Source of the DNA: an uncultured Spirochaetota bacterium
GTDB taxonomy: Bacteria; Spirochaetota; Spirochaetia; SZUA-6; Fen-1364
Length of the DNA: 64,000 nucleotides
Assembly: GCA_963845535.1 (NCBI GenBank)
Contig: CAWJSK010000019.1
Coordinates: 384,001 to 448,000 of the forward strand
Direction: 5' to 3'
Both the position numbers and the translations under genes were made by a program. Of this stretch, positions 9,964-19,720 are shown one piece after another. How positions within the stretch are numbered: position 1 is the stretch's first letter; every line of letters begins with the position of its first letter. The notes beneath the pieces were generated by a model. That model was not told the origin of the DNA and made no database searches. It saw nothing but the letters and a program-made list of their open reading frames with translations.

Positions 9964-9973
9964 GCCATTCCTC

Positions 9974-10552
9974 CTAGAAGTAGATGACAAAGTTCAGGGT
10001 TGGGACCGCTCGATCCCCGAGCGGGGCGAGGTTTCCGTGGAACGCCGAACCGAAGGCACCCTCCAGGTCGCTCCACGAGGCGAACACCTGCGTATAGGAG
10101 AGGTTGAGGCCCCACCAGTCGAACTTCAGCCCGACGCCCGCCCGGGCGTTGACTCCCACGCCGCCGTTGTAGATCTGGCCACCGTAGATGTAGAGGAGGT
10201 TCGGGCCAACCTCTGCATAGAAAAGGACAGGCTTGAGCACGAACTTGACCCCGACGTCGAAGAGGTTCAGAAAGCCGGGGAGATAGGTACCATAAGACGT
10301 GACGTCGGTGTACGGATCTGTGTAGGTTGTCGCCTGGTAAACCCAGTAATCAGGCATGGCATACGCGTCCCAGGACAGATAGAGAATGGAATAGCTGTAG
10401 GCAATGTGGAAACTGATGATGCTCTGATTGACGATGTCTTGAGACGGCGTCCATCCCAATCCCAGCTCCCATTCCCCCTTGGGCCTCGCGAACGCCGGGA
10501 CCGCCATGGCAAGGATCAACACCGCTGCCAGCGGAAGCATTATCTTCTTCAT
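9974..10552 (-). CDS. putative small outer-membrane beta-barrel protein
   Basis: Sec signal MKKIMLPLAAVLILAMAVPAFA; alternating aromatic/Gly strands; C-terminal beta-signal-like TLNFVIYF. Confidence 0.7.
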   Translation of the reverse strand: MKKIMLPLAAVLILAMAVPAFARPKGEWELGLGWTPSQDIVNQSIISFHIAYSYSILYLSWDAYAMPDYWVYQATTYTDPYTDVTSYGTYLPGFLNLFDVGVKFVLKPVLFYAEVGPNLLYIYGGQIYNGGVGVNARAGVGLKFDWWGLNLSYTQVFASWSDLEGAFGSAFHGNLAPLGDRAVPTLNFVIYF

Positions 10553-10689
10553 CGTCTCCCCCTTGTGAGATGTCCCAATCGTTACCGTAGTGCTTGTTCC
10601 CATAAGTATAACACGGGAGGCAGTCGAAAACAGCACCTCGAAGCAGCGTTCCGTCGACATTTCCGCGCAGCCCTGATACTATGGGGCGG

Positions 10690-11775
10690 ATGGCCGTAAA
10701 GATACTGGCGATCAATCCCGGCTCCACGTCCACCAAGCTCGCCATTTATGAGGACTCCACGGAGTGCTGGAAAAAAGGCGTCAGCCACTCGTCGGAAGAC
10801 ATCGCCAGGCACCGAAGGATGCAGGACCAGCTCGAGCTTCGAAGCGCGGCAGTGCGGGAGAGTCTCACCGAAGCCGGTGTCGGGCTTTCCGACATGTCCG
10901 CGGTGGTGGGACGGGGCGGGCTGCTCAAGCCGCTTGCCGGCGGGGTGTACGAAGTCAACGAGAAGATGAAGAGCGACCTTATCGCCTGCAAATACGGGAC
11001 CCATGCGTCCAACCTGGGAGCCCTGATTGCGGACGCCCTTGCTTCGGAAATCGGCGTGAAGGCCTACATCGTCGACCCGGTTGTGGTGGACGAGCTGGAC
11101 CCGATTGCCCGATACTCGGGGATTCCGCAAGTCCCGCGGCGCTCGATCTTCCACGCCCTCAACCAGAAGGCAACGGCCAAGAAGGCGGCCCGCAGCCTTG
11201 GGAAGAAGTATGAGGACTGCACGCTGATCGTCGCGCACATGGGCGGAGGCACCTCAATTGGCATCCATGCGGCAGGAAAGGTCGTGGACGTCAACAACGC
11301 TCTGGACGGGGATGGTCCGTTTGCCATCGAGCGGGCAGGGACGGTACCCGCGGGAGACTGGATGCGCTGGATCCTGTCCCATCAGCATGACCCCCAGGCG
11401 CTGCAGCTTATGCTGACGGGAAAGGGCGGACTGGTTGCCTACCTCGGGACGAACGAGTTCCCGGAGATAGAGAAGTCAGCCGCAGGAAAAGGCAGCCTTG
11501 ATGCAAGGCTGTGCGACGAGCTGATCCGGACGCTCTGTTACCAGATTGCCAAGTGGATTGCCGGTCTTGCGGCGTTCACCGAAGGGCGCGTGGACGCCAT
11601 CGTGCTCACCGGCGGGCTGGCGTTCTCCGAGCGGGTGGTGAAGGAAATCTCGTCACGGGTCTGTTTCCTTGCACCGGTGCTCCTGTTCCCCGGTGAGAAC
11701 GAGCTGGAAGCGCTTGCCGCGGGCGTCGAGGAAGTGCTGCGGGGAGAGGCGCAGGCCGGGACATACGAAGGCTGA
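10690..11775 (+). CDS. buk: butyrate kinase
   Basis: ILAINPGSTSTK, GRGGLL, HASNLG, FHALNQKA, AHMGGG, LTGGLA, PGENE. Confidence 0.95.
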   Translation: MAVKILAINPGSTSTKLAIYEDSTECWKKGVSHSSEDIARHRRMQDQLELRSAAVRESLTEAGVGLSDMSAVVGRGGLLKPLAGGVYEVNEKMKSDLIACKYGTHASNLGALIADALASEIGVKAYIVDPVVVDELDPIARYSGIPQVPRRSIFHALNQKATAKKAARSLGKKYEDCTLIVAHMGGGTSIGIHAAGKVVDVNNALDGDGPFAIERAGTVPAGDWMRWILSHQHDPQALQLMLTGKGGLVAYLGTNEFPEIEKSAAGKGSLDARLCDELIRTLCYQIAKWIAGLAAFTEGRVDAIVLTGGLAFSERVVKEISSRVCFLAPVLLFPGENELEALAAGVEEVLRGEAQAGTYEG

Positions 11776-11787
11776 GCGGAGGGGCGC

Positions 11788-12194
11788 GTGTACCAGAGAA
11801 GGATCAAGGTCATTGACAACGTTTTTCAGTACAGGATGATCGCAGTCCTGCTCGTCATTGTGGTCTGCGGCGTTGCGGCTTTCACAGCCGGAGCTTTGCT
11901 CGTGTCAGCCCTGGCGCGCGCGCAGGGCCATGTCCAATCCGGGCAACGTCTTTTGTCGATCTTCCCCCCCATCCTCGTGAATGACATCGTGATCATGCTC
12001 CTCCTGATCATTGCGGGATCTTCCTCACGCACAGGATAGCGGGGCCGATCTTCAGGGTCCAAAGCGACATCGAGAGGGTGCTTGCGGGGGAAAAGAACGT
12101 CAGGGTGAGGTTTCGCCGGCATGACGCTTTCCCCGAGCTGGCGGAAAAGGTGAACAAGCTCATTGAGCGGATCGACAACCAGCCTCGCCGCTGA
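11788..12194 (+). CDS. small two-TM membrane protein with HAMP-like C-terminus (frameshift near 12017)
   Basis: N-part RRIKVIDNVFQYR plus 2 TM segments; continues in another frame as FLTHRIAGPIFRVQSDIERVLAGEKNVRVRFRRHDAFPELAEKVNKL. Confidence 0.7.
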
Positions 12195-13240
12195 GACCCG
12201 GCTCCTTCCCTGGAACAGGAAATTCCTCGGGTCCAAGAGGCTCCTGCGGGATTGGATTGCGAAGCGGATCATCGAAAGAGTCGGCGTTCCGCAAACCTTT
12301 CTCGACGGCTTCTGCGGGACCGGCTCCGTGGGCCTTGCCATGGCATTTCGGGGGACGCGCCGAGTGATCGCGGTGGATTCGCTGAAGTCCAATTGCGCAG
12401 TCCTCCAGGCATTCGTGGAGACGGGCTATCGCCCTGATCCTGATGAACGAATGGGTATGCTGATGGCTGAGCTGAACTCCCTGCGCCCCGTCCTGGGCTA
12501 CATTACGGAAAGCTTCGGCAACTCCTATTTCACGCGGGAGAACTGTATGCGCATGGATTCCATGCGGGAACGCATGGAATCGCATGCGCGCATCCGCGGA
12601 GGTTTCCGACGGCGAGCACGCCATTCTCCTTGGAGCCTTTCTTCTGGGAGCGGACCGGGTCGCGAACACCATTGGCCAGTATGACGCTTTTCTCAAGCAC
12701 ATCGACAGGAAGTCCATGGAACGCGGGCGGCACCTGGTGGATGAAAGAGTGAGGACGCGGTTTCTCGTGCAGCCCCTTGGGAGGCTGGAGGGGATTGCGC
12801 TGGAGGTCGTGCACGGGGACATGCTCAGCCTGGCATCAGGCCTGGACGTGGATGCAGCCTATTTCGACCCTCCGTACAACGGCCGGCAGTATTGCGACAA
12901 CTACCACGTCCTGGAGAACCTCGCCCTGTGGCTGAAGCCGCCCTTGTACGGGAAGACGCGCAAGTTCGATCGTACGGGAATGAAAAGCCCGTTCTGCACC
13001 CGGGAGGCTGCACCGGCCCTGGAGAGGTTGATGAGCAACACGTGCGCGCGGGAAATATTCCTTTCCTACAGCTCCGAGGGCATCCTCTCCAGGGAGGAGA
13101 TCCACCGCGTTCTTGCCAGGTACGGCAGAGTCGAGGAGATCGAGACCGAGTACCCGGTCTTCGGAAACGGCGCGGGTGTCTCAGTGCGCCGGAGCGTCAG
13201 GGAGATGCTTTTTCACGTGAGAACCGGGAGGCAGCTTTGA
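12163..13240 (+). CDS. N6-adenine DNA methyltransferase, D12/M.FokI-like (frameshift near 12585)
   Basis: NRKFLGSK, motif I FLDGFCGTGSVG in ORF 12163-12684; motif IV YFDPPYN and NYHVLE in ORF 12584-13240. Confidence 0.85.
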
Positions 13241-14175
13241 GCGGCGGTGATCCGCAGAAGGCAGCCGTGGGAGGCCGGAGGCAGGCGGGCCCGCGCGGCA
13301 TCAAGCGCGAGCTTGTGGATGAGAACGGCAAGTCCCGGGGATTCTATTCCGAAAGCAACAAGGTCAACGACCTGACCGGCCGCGAGTGGGTGTTCTGGAC
13401 GCGCTCCGTGATCACCAAGCCGTATCCTCCGGACATGCAGCATGCCCTTCGAAGCCGCCACGGCGGCCAGAAACCGCCAGCTCTTTGCGCGGACCTCATT
13501 CGGGCGTTCACCAAATCGGGGGACATGATCCTGGACCCTTTCATGGGCGTGGGGGGCGTCCTCCTGGGGGCCTCCCTGTGCGGCAGGAAGGCCATGGGCG
13601 TGGAGATCGATTCGCGGTGGATCCAGACGTACCGCGAGGTCTGCGCGCGTGAAGGACTGGAGCCGCAGGAGACGATGGCCGCGGATGCGCTGAGCGCGCT
13701 TGCGGACATGCAGGGAAGATCGTTCGACTGCGTCTTTACGGACGTTCCCTACTGGAAGATGGACAAGGCGGAGCGGTCAAAGGGGACGTACAAGCGCGTG
13801 GGGGAATCTGCCAAGCCTGTCAGGGCAAGCAAGCTGTCCGCGTTCAGCGCGCGGGAATACGCCTCCAAGGCGGACTGGCTCGCTCACATGTCGGAAGTCT
13901 TCACCCTGTCCGCAGGGCTCTTGAAGGAGCACGGATACCTCCTGAGCTTCATCGGCGACATGTACCGCGACAACCAGTACCACTGCCTTTCAGCGGAGCT
14001 GGCCCAGGTCATTGCCGCCATCCCCGGCATGGTCTGGAAAGCGAACATCGTGTGGTATGACGTGTCAAAGAAGCTGCACCTCTACGGTTACCAGTACTCT
14101 TATATCCCTTCCATGATCCATCAGAACATCCTGGTCTTTCGCAAAGAACCCCGCAAGGAGAAAACCAATGGCTGA
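13237..14175 (+). CDS. amino-methyltransferase (N4-C/N6-A DNA methyltransferase-like)
   Basis: NDLTGREW, HGGQKP, ILDPFMGVGG, FTDVPYW; TTG start overlaps the upstream stop (TTGA). Confidence 0.75.
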   Translation: MSGGDPQKAAVGGRRQAGPRGIKRELVDENGKSRGFYSESNKVNDLTGREWVFWTRSVITKPYPPDMQHALRSRHGGQKPPALCADLIRAFTKSGDMILDPFMGVGGVLLGASLCGRKAMGVEIDSRWIQTYREVCAREGLEPQETMAADALSALADMQGRSFDCVFTDVPYWKMDKAERSKGTYKRVGESAKPVRASKLSAFSAREYASKADWLAHMSEVFTLSAGLLKEHGYLLSFIGDMYRDNQYHCLSAELAQVIAAIPGMVWKANIVWYDVSKKLHLYGYQYSYIPSMIHQNILVFRKEPRKEKTNG

Positions 14176-14914
14176 GCATCTGTTCGGATTCCACACCATA
14201 GAGGAAACCTTGCGAAAAGGGGTGTCAGGCGCCTCGCTCCTTATTTCACGGGAGAATGCGAGGATCCAGAAGCTGCGTGAGGCGGCGGAGAGCCGCGGCG
14301 TCCCCGTCTCCGAGGTGGAGGAGGGGGAGCTCACCGGCCTGTGTGGGACGGATGCCCACCGCGGCGCCGTTCTCGTTTTATCCAGGGCTCCCGCTTCCCT
14401 CCAGAAGGACCTCCGTCATCTCCTTTCGGGCCTCAAGACACCGACGCCGCTCGTCCTGGTGCTGGACGGCATCATGGACCCGCAGAACCTCGGGGCAATC
14501 CTGAGGTCCGCGGACCAGTTTGCCACCGACATGGTCGTGATCCCGTCCCGGCACTCTGCCCAGGAGACACAGACCGTTGCCAAGGTGTCCGCCGGCGCAA
14601 GCGCATACGTGCCTCTTGCCGTGGTCCCGAACATCCCGTCCGCCCTGGAGCTTCTCAAGGAGAACGGCTTCTGGATTTTCGGGGCCGACATGGAGGGTCA
14701 GACAACGGACACCATCGACTTCGGCGGGAAGGTGTGCCTTGTGCTGGGAAGCGAGGGGACTGGTTTACGGCGACTGGTCAGGGAGAGATGCGACTTTCTG
14801 GCCCGCATCCCCGCTGCCGGACACGTGGATTCCTTCAACGTCTCGGTGGCCGCGGGGATTCTCCTGTTCGAGGCGCGCCGTCAGCAAGGATTCCCGCACA
14901 TGAGACAGGAGTGA
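14168..14914 (+). CDS. rlmB: 23S rRNA (Gm2251) 2'-O-methyltransferase, TrmH/SpoU family
   Basis: LDGIMDPQNLGAILRS, LGSEGTG, SFNVSVA. Confidence 0.9.
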   Translation: MAEHLFGFHTIEETLRKGVSGASLLISRENARIQKLREAAESRGVPVSEVEEGELTGLCGTDAHRGAVLVLSRAPASLQKDLRHLLSGLKTPTPLVLVLDGIMDPQNLGAILRSADQFATDMVVIPSRHSAQETQTVAKVSAGASAYVPLAVVPNIPSALELLKENGFWIFGADMEGQTTDTIDFGGKVCLVLGSEGTGLRRLVRERCDFLARIPAAGHVDSFNVSVAAGILLFEARRQQGFPHMRQE

Positions 14915-14980
14915 TGGGCATGGACCGACGGCCGGCCCGTGGGGGCGCGTTGGCCCGCAGACGCGCCACCGTCAAATCGC

Positions 14981-15385
14981 CTATCGTTGTACTGAGAGGA
15001 TCCTCTCCGCGAGGTGCACGGCATTGAGGACCCCTTGCGGGCCTATCCCCATGGTTGCCACGGGCACGCCGCGGGGCAACTGAAGGATGGACAGAAGGGC
15101 GTCCACCCCTGACAGCGGCCCGGCGACGAGCGGTATGCCAATAACCGGCAGTTTTACAAGGGAAGCAATCACCCCGGGGAGCGCGGCTGAAAGGCCGGCC
15201 GCGGCAATGACGAGCCTGTACTCTTTCTCTCCCAGACGAAGGAATGCAACGAGCTCCTCGAGGTTGCGGTGAGCGGAAAGGACCTTCAATTCATAGCTCA
15301 GCCCTTTTTCTTCGAGGAGCGAAAGGCCGGGTTTCACCGCAGGCTCATCAGACTGTGATCCAATGACGAAAAGCACGTCTTTCAT
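14981..15385 (-). CDS. purE: PurE-family AIR/N5-CAIR enzyme
   Basis: GSQSD, SAHR, AAAGLSAALPG, PVIGIP, QLPRGVPVAT; last gene of pur operon. Confidence 0.92.
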   Translation of the reverse strand: MKDVLFVIGSQSDEPAVKPGLSLLEEKGLSYELKVLSAHRNLEELVAFLRLGEKEYRLVIAAAGLSAALPGVIASLVKLPVIGIPLVAGPLSGVDALLSILQLPRGVPVATMGIGPQGVLNAVHLAERILSVQR

Positions 15386-16656
15386 GTCGAGGCCCCCAGG
15401 AACTTCCGGCCTATGTCGTGCCTGTACCAGCCCCCGGTGAACCGGATTTTCTCCACCATGGCATATGCACGCTCGGCCGCGCCCCTGAGATCCGCTCCGC
15501 GGCCCACCACTGTGAAGCATCGCCCGCCCCGAACGTGCAGAGTCCCGTCGCGTTCGCGGAAAGACGATGCGTGAAACACTTCGGTGTGGTCCGGCAATGC
15601 ATCCCCCGCGATCGTCACGGGGACGGGGCCGCCTGAGGCATCCGGGTAGCCCTGTCCCGCAATGACGATTCCCAGCGCTGCCCCGACTGCTGAGGATGTG
15701 TTGATCCCCGCGGCGAAGGACGCAAGCTCCTTCGAGATCACGGCCTTCAGAAGCCCTCCGAAATCGAAGGGCAGGACCGGCAGGAGCACCTGGGTCTCGG
15801 GGTCGCCGAACCTGACATTGAACTCCAGGACGCGAGGCCCGCCGCGCGTGATCATGAGCCCGAAATACAGGACCCCAGCGTATGCAAGTCCTTCCCGTTC
15901 CATGGCGGCGTACGTCGGCTCCACGATCTCCTGCTCGATGCGTCTCATCACCGCCCCGTCAGCCGGGGGCACGGGACAGACGGAGCCCATTCCGCCCGTG
16001 TTCGGACCCGTATCCCCGTCATGGGCCTTCTTGAAGTCGGTGCAGGCCGGAAGGATGACGTGGCTTTGCCCGTCACTCACGCCGAACACGGAAAGCTCCC
16101 AACCCTCCAGGTACTCCTCGACAAGAACGTGGTCCACGGCCAACGCCGCTTTGCCAAAGGAAACCAGCTCCTCGGTTTGCGCGGACTCCAGGACGCCTTT
16201 CCCGGCAGCAAGACCGCTTTTCTTCACGACCAGCCTCTGTCCAGTCTTTGTCGCGAGGAACGCCTCCAGGGTGGCGGCATCAGAGAACTCCGTGGCGCGC
16301 GCGGTCGGGATCCCGTTTCGCACCAGGAAGGCCTTGGAGAACGCCTTGCTGGACTCGAGCTGCGCGGACTTCTTGGCCGGCCCGAAGGCCGGGATGGCGC
16401 GGCGAGCAAGGCAATCCACCACGCCTGAGGCCAGAGGGGTTTCGGGGCCTACGAAGACGCAGTCCACCGAATTGCGCCGCACCGCGTTGAGCACTGTTGG
16501 GAACTTCAGCGGGTCCACGTCGGGCAGGTTGGTGCAGACCTCCGCCGTGCCGGCGTTGCCCGGGGCCGCGAACACGGCGCTCACGTGCGCGCTCTGGGCC
16601 AGCTTCCACGCAACGGCGTGCTCGCGGGCGCCTGACCCAAGGATGAGGACCCTCAT
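15382..16656 (-). CDS. purD: phosphoribosylamine-glycine ligase
   Basis: GSGAREHA, APGNAG, LESSK, GLAAGKGV, GPNTGGMG, EFNVRFGDPE. Confidence 0.97.
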   Translation of the reverse strand: MRVLILGSGAREHAVAWKLAQSAHVSAVFAAPGNAGTAEVCTNLPDVDPLKFPTVLNAVRRNSVDCVFVGPETPLASGVVDCLARRAIPAFGPAKKSAQLESSKAFSKAFLVRNGIPTARATEFSDAATLEAFLATKTGQRLVVKKSGLAAGKGVLESAQTEELVSFGKAALAVDHVLVEEYLEGWELSVFGVSDGQSHVILPACTDFKKAHDGDTGPNTGGMGSVCPVPPADGAVMRRIEQEIVEPTYAAMEREGLAYAGVLYFGLMITRGGPRVLEFNVRFGDPETQVLLPVLPFDFGGLLKAVISKELASFAAGINTSSAVGAALGIVIAGQGYPDASGGPVPVTIAGDALPDHTEVFHASSFRERDGTLHVRGGRCFTVVGRGADLRGAAERAYAMVEKIRFTGGWYRHDIGRKFLGAST

Positions 16657-17231
16657 GGCGCGACTCCGCCACCCACTTTGTCGAGCATTGAGATCAGGAT
16701 CTGCGGGTACCACTCATGCTCCAGTTGGTGGATGCGGACCTCGACATGGTCTCTGGTCTCTGCGGGGTCGCGGCGGAAGGACTTCTGGAGGATGACGGGC
16801 CCGGTGTCCACGCCCGCGTCCACGCGAATGATCGTTATCCCCAGCTCGATGTCACCGGAGGCGTAGCTTTCATCTATTCCATGGACGCCGGGGTACTTCG
16901 GCAGGAGGCTGGGGTGGATGTTGATCACGGGCCCCTTGAACGCTTCCAGGAACCACGGGGTCAGCAGCCTCATGAATCCAGCCAGGGCCACGATGTCCAC
17001 CTGGCGCCTTTCCAGATGGCGGACGATTTTCTTTTCCACTGATTCTCGCTTCTCCCCCGCATAGGATATTGGAAAGGTCGGTACCCCCAGCTCTTTCGCC
17101 TTCTCCAGGACGGGAGCCCCGGCAACGTCGCAGAGAAGAAACTCGACGGTGTGCCGGGTCGGCTTGACGGCCCGGGCGATGGCCGCGAAGTTTGATCCCG
17201 TACCCGAAGCGAAAACGGCCAGCCGCGCCAT
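16653..17231 (-). CDS. purN: phosphoribosylglycinamide formyltransferase
   Basis: ASGTGSNF, LAGFMR, NIHPSLLP, DTGPVI. Confidence 0.97.
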   Translation of the reverse strand: MARLAVFASGTGSNFAAIARAVKPTRHTVEFLLCDVAGAPVLEKAKELGVPTFPISYAGEKRESVEKKIVRHLERRQVDIVALAGFMRLLTPWFLEAFKGPVINIHPSLLPKYPGVHGIDESYASGDIELGITIIRVDAGVDTGPVILQKSFRRDPAETRDHVEVRIHQLEHEWYPQILISMLDKVGGGVAP

Positions 17232-18196
17232 CACTCCACGGTCCCGATGACCGGCAGCTGAAAGCCTTCCCGCCGCGCAATGTCCTGGAGCTCTCCCCGG
17301 TGCTGGTCATGCGTGACGAGCGCGACGCCAATGCCGAGGTTGAAGACCGTGCGCATCTCCTCTTCGGGGACGTCCGCGCCGCGGAGCCTTTCGAAAATGG
17401 GGGGCTCTTCCCAGTCGAAAAAGAAATGCGGCGCAAGACCATCCGGAATGACGCGCGAGAGGTTCCCGGCAAGGCCGCCCCCCGTGATGTGCGCGGCCGC
17501 AAGCACCCTGCGGGTGGCCGTGAGAACGGCCATTTCCCTGGCATAGATGCGCGTCGGCACGAGGAGAAGCTCCCATCCCTCGCGGTCCGCTTCCGGGATG
17601 ACCTTGCGGGCAAGGGAGAGACCGTTGGAATGGATGCCGGAGGAGGGGAGTCCCAGGATGGCGTCCCCGCGACGAATCTCCTCCTTGCGGGGGAGCACGT
17701 CGTCCTTTTCCGCTATTCCCACGGCAAACCCCGCCAGATCGAAATCATCCGGGCCATAAGCGTCGGGCATCTCGGCAGTCTCACCGCCGCCGAGCCGGCA
17801 CTCCGCAAGCTCGCACCCGCGCACGACCCCGCGGATCAGAGCGTGCATGCGCTCCTCGTGGATCCTGCCGCAGGCGATGTAGTCCAGGAACACCATGGGC
17901 TTTGCCCCGCACACAAGAAGGTCGTTCACGTTCATGGCCACGAGGTCGATCCCGATCGTATCGTAGATCCCCAGCTTTTTCGCCACCAGGAGCTTTGTTC
18001 CAGTCCCGTCCGTTGTGGTCATAAGAACGGGTGAGTGGAACCCTTCCAGGGGGAGCGCGGATGAGAAGCCGCCGATCCCCTTGTCCACGGCAGCGGAGGG
18101 GATGCGTTTGATGAACTCGACGAACCTGTCACCTCGGTCAATGTCGACGCCGGCGTCGCGGTAGGCGTGCATGGGGGGATCTCCTGTTCCTGTCAT
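17231..18196 (-). CDS. purM: phosphoribosylformylglycinamidine cyclo-ligase (AIR synthase)
   Basis: YRDAGVDI, DGTGTK, GIDLVAMNVND, GGETAEMP, HSNG, AHITGGG; own ATG overlaps the true purF stop (ATGA). Confidence 0.95.
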   Translation of the reverse strand: MTGTGDPPMHAYRDAGVDIDRGDRFVEFIKRIPSAAVDKGIGGFSSALPLEGFHSPVLMTTTDGTGTKLLVAKKLGIYDTIGIDLVAMNVNDLLVCGAKPMVFLDYIACGRIHEERMHALIRGVVRGCELAECRLGGGETAEMPDAYGPDDFDLAGFAVGIAEKDDVLPRKEEIRRGDAILGLPSSGIHSNGLSLARKVIPEADREGWELLLVPTRIYAREMAVLTATRRVLAAAHITGGGLAGNLSRVIPDGLAPHFFFDWEEPPIFERLRGADVPEEEMRTVFNLGIGVALVTHDQHRGELQDIARREGFQLPVIGTVE

Positions 18197-19591
18197 TTTC
18201 TGTGCACCGGTGCGTCTCCCACCGCGAGGGGGTAGATGCCGCTGAAACACGCATTGCAAAAATCTCGTCGGATTGGGAACGCACTCCCGGAGGGCTTCGA
18301 GCGGGAGATACCTGACAGTGTCCGCGCCGAGCTCGCGGACAATTCCGTCCAAGTCCAGGCGATTGGCAATCAGCTCGTCATGCGTGGGAATGTCGATGCC
18401 GAAGAAGCAGGGATGACGGATGGGGGGCGACGAGAGGCGCAGATGCACCTCCCGGGCGCCGCCGTCCCTGAGGAGCTTCACGATCTGCCGCGACGTGGTG
18501 CCCCGCACGAGAGAGTCATCCACCACAACGATACGCTTGCCCTGAATGGCCTCCCGCACCGGGTGCAGCTTCATGCGGACTCCGAACTCCCTGCTTGCCG
18601 CCGTGGGCTGGATGAAGGTCCTGCCGGAATAATGGTTTCGCGTAAGGCCTTGTTCGAGGGGGATGCCGGACGCGGTCGAATACCCCAGGGCGGCGCTGTT
18701 GCCGGAGTCAGGGACCGCTATCACGATGTCAGCCTTCACCGTGTCCCCGCGGGCCAGCATCTCCCCCATGCGCTTTCGCACCATGTGAACGGAATAGCTG
18801 AAGACCTCGGAATCCGGTCGAGCAAAGTAGATCAGCTCGAAGATGCAGTGCGCCCGGCGTGGAGCCGGGGCATGCAGAAGCATTTCCGAGTGGACCTTCG
18901 TGCCTTCCACGGTCACAATTTCCCCGGGGGCAACCTCACGGATGTCCTCAACCTGGAACATCTCCAGCGCGCAGGTCTCCGATGCGAAAAGCACCTGGCC
19001 CTCCCGTGTTCCCATCACGAGCGGCCGAAATCCGTACGGGTCCCGCACGGCAACGAGCGTGTCTTCGTGCATCATGAGGAAGCAGTATGCCCCCTCGATC
19101 TGTCCGAGGCACTCCAGGAGCGCCTCATGGAAGGTGGGCCGGGCCGAGCGGGCAATCATGTGCAGCAGAAGCTCGGTGTCCGTGGTGCTTTGGAATATCG
19201 AGCCTTCGGCGATCAGCCGCTGCGTCAGCTCGTCTGAGTTGGAGATGTTGCCGTTGTGCGCGAGCGCGATCTCCCCTTTGCTGCAGGAGACAACGATGGG
19301 CTGCGCATTCTCCAGCTTGTCCGTTCCATGAGTGGAGTAGCGCACGTGGCCAATACCCACGCGCGAGGGGTGGCTCTCCGTCAGGTAGTGTGAGAGCGCC
19401 TGGGACACCATCCCAACGTCGCGGTATGAGACGATTTTCCCATTTCGATGATACGCCAGGCCGGCGCTCTCCTGCCCCCTGTGCTGGAGGGAGAAAAGGC
19501 CGTAGAAAAGCTGCTCGGGCAGGTTGAACTCATCCCGGGAGGAAATTCCCACAACGCCGCAGTGGTGGCGGAGTGAATCACCGTCTTCCAC
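18193..19591 (-). CDS. purF: amidophosphoribosyltransferase (frameshift near 18270 hides the true C-terminus)
   Basis: CGVVG, LQHRGQESAG, GHVRYST, VDDSLVRGTT; alternative frame gives DFCNACFSGIYPLAVGDAPVHRK*. Confidence 0.95.
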
Positions 19592-19720
19592 CCGGACATG
19601 AGATCAGAAGGGGTCCCCTGAGTCAACAGGCGTCCGGCTGCGTGGCGTACGGGGCTGCGGCGCCACGGCAAGCTTGTGCTTCGTTGACCGCGTTCAGCCC
19701 GCGGTGATAGGCTTGCGCCG

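Noticed and set aside
12163..14175. Complete restriction-modification system
   Set aside because: No endonuclease or specificity subunit is recognisable nearby
14981..15385. LarB (PurE-like) partner for the LarA-family gene
   Set aside because: Has PurE motifs (SAHR, PVIGIP), lacks the LarB N-terminal domain and sits in the pur operon
17231..19591. Apparent 786-aa PurF-PurM fusion
   Set aside because: The conserved PurF end (FCNACFSGIYP) and a stop overlapping the purM ATG lie in another frame; a single extra base near 18270 explains the fusion
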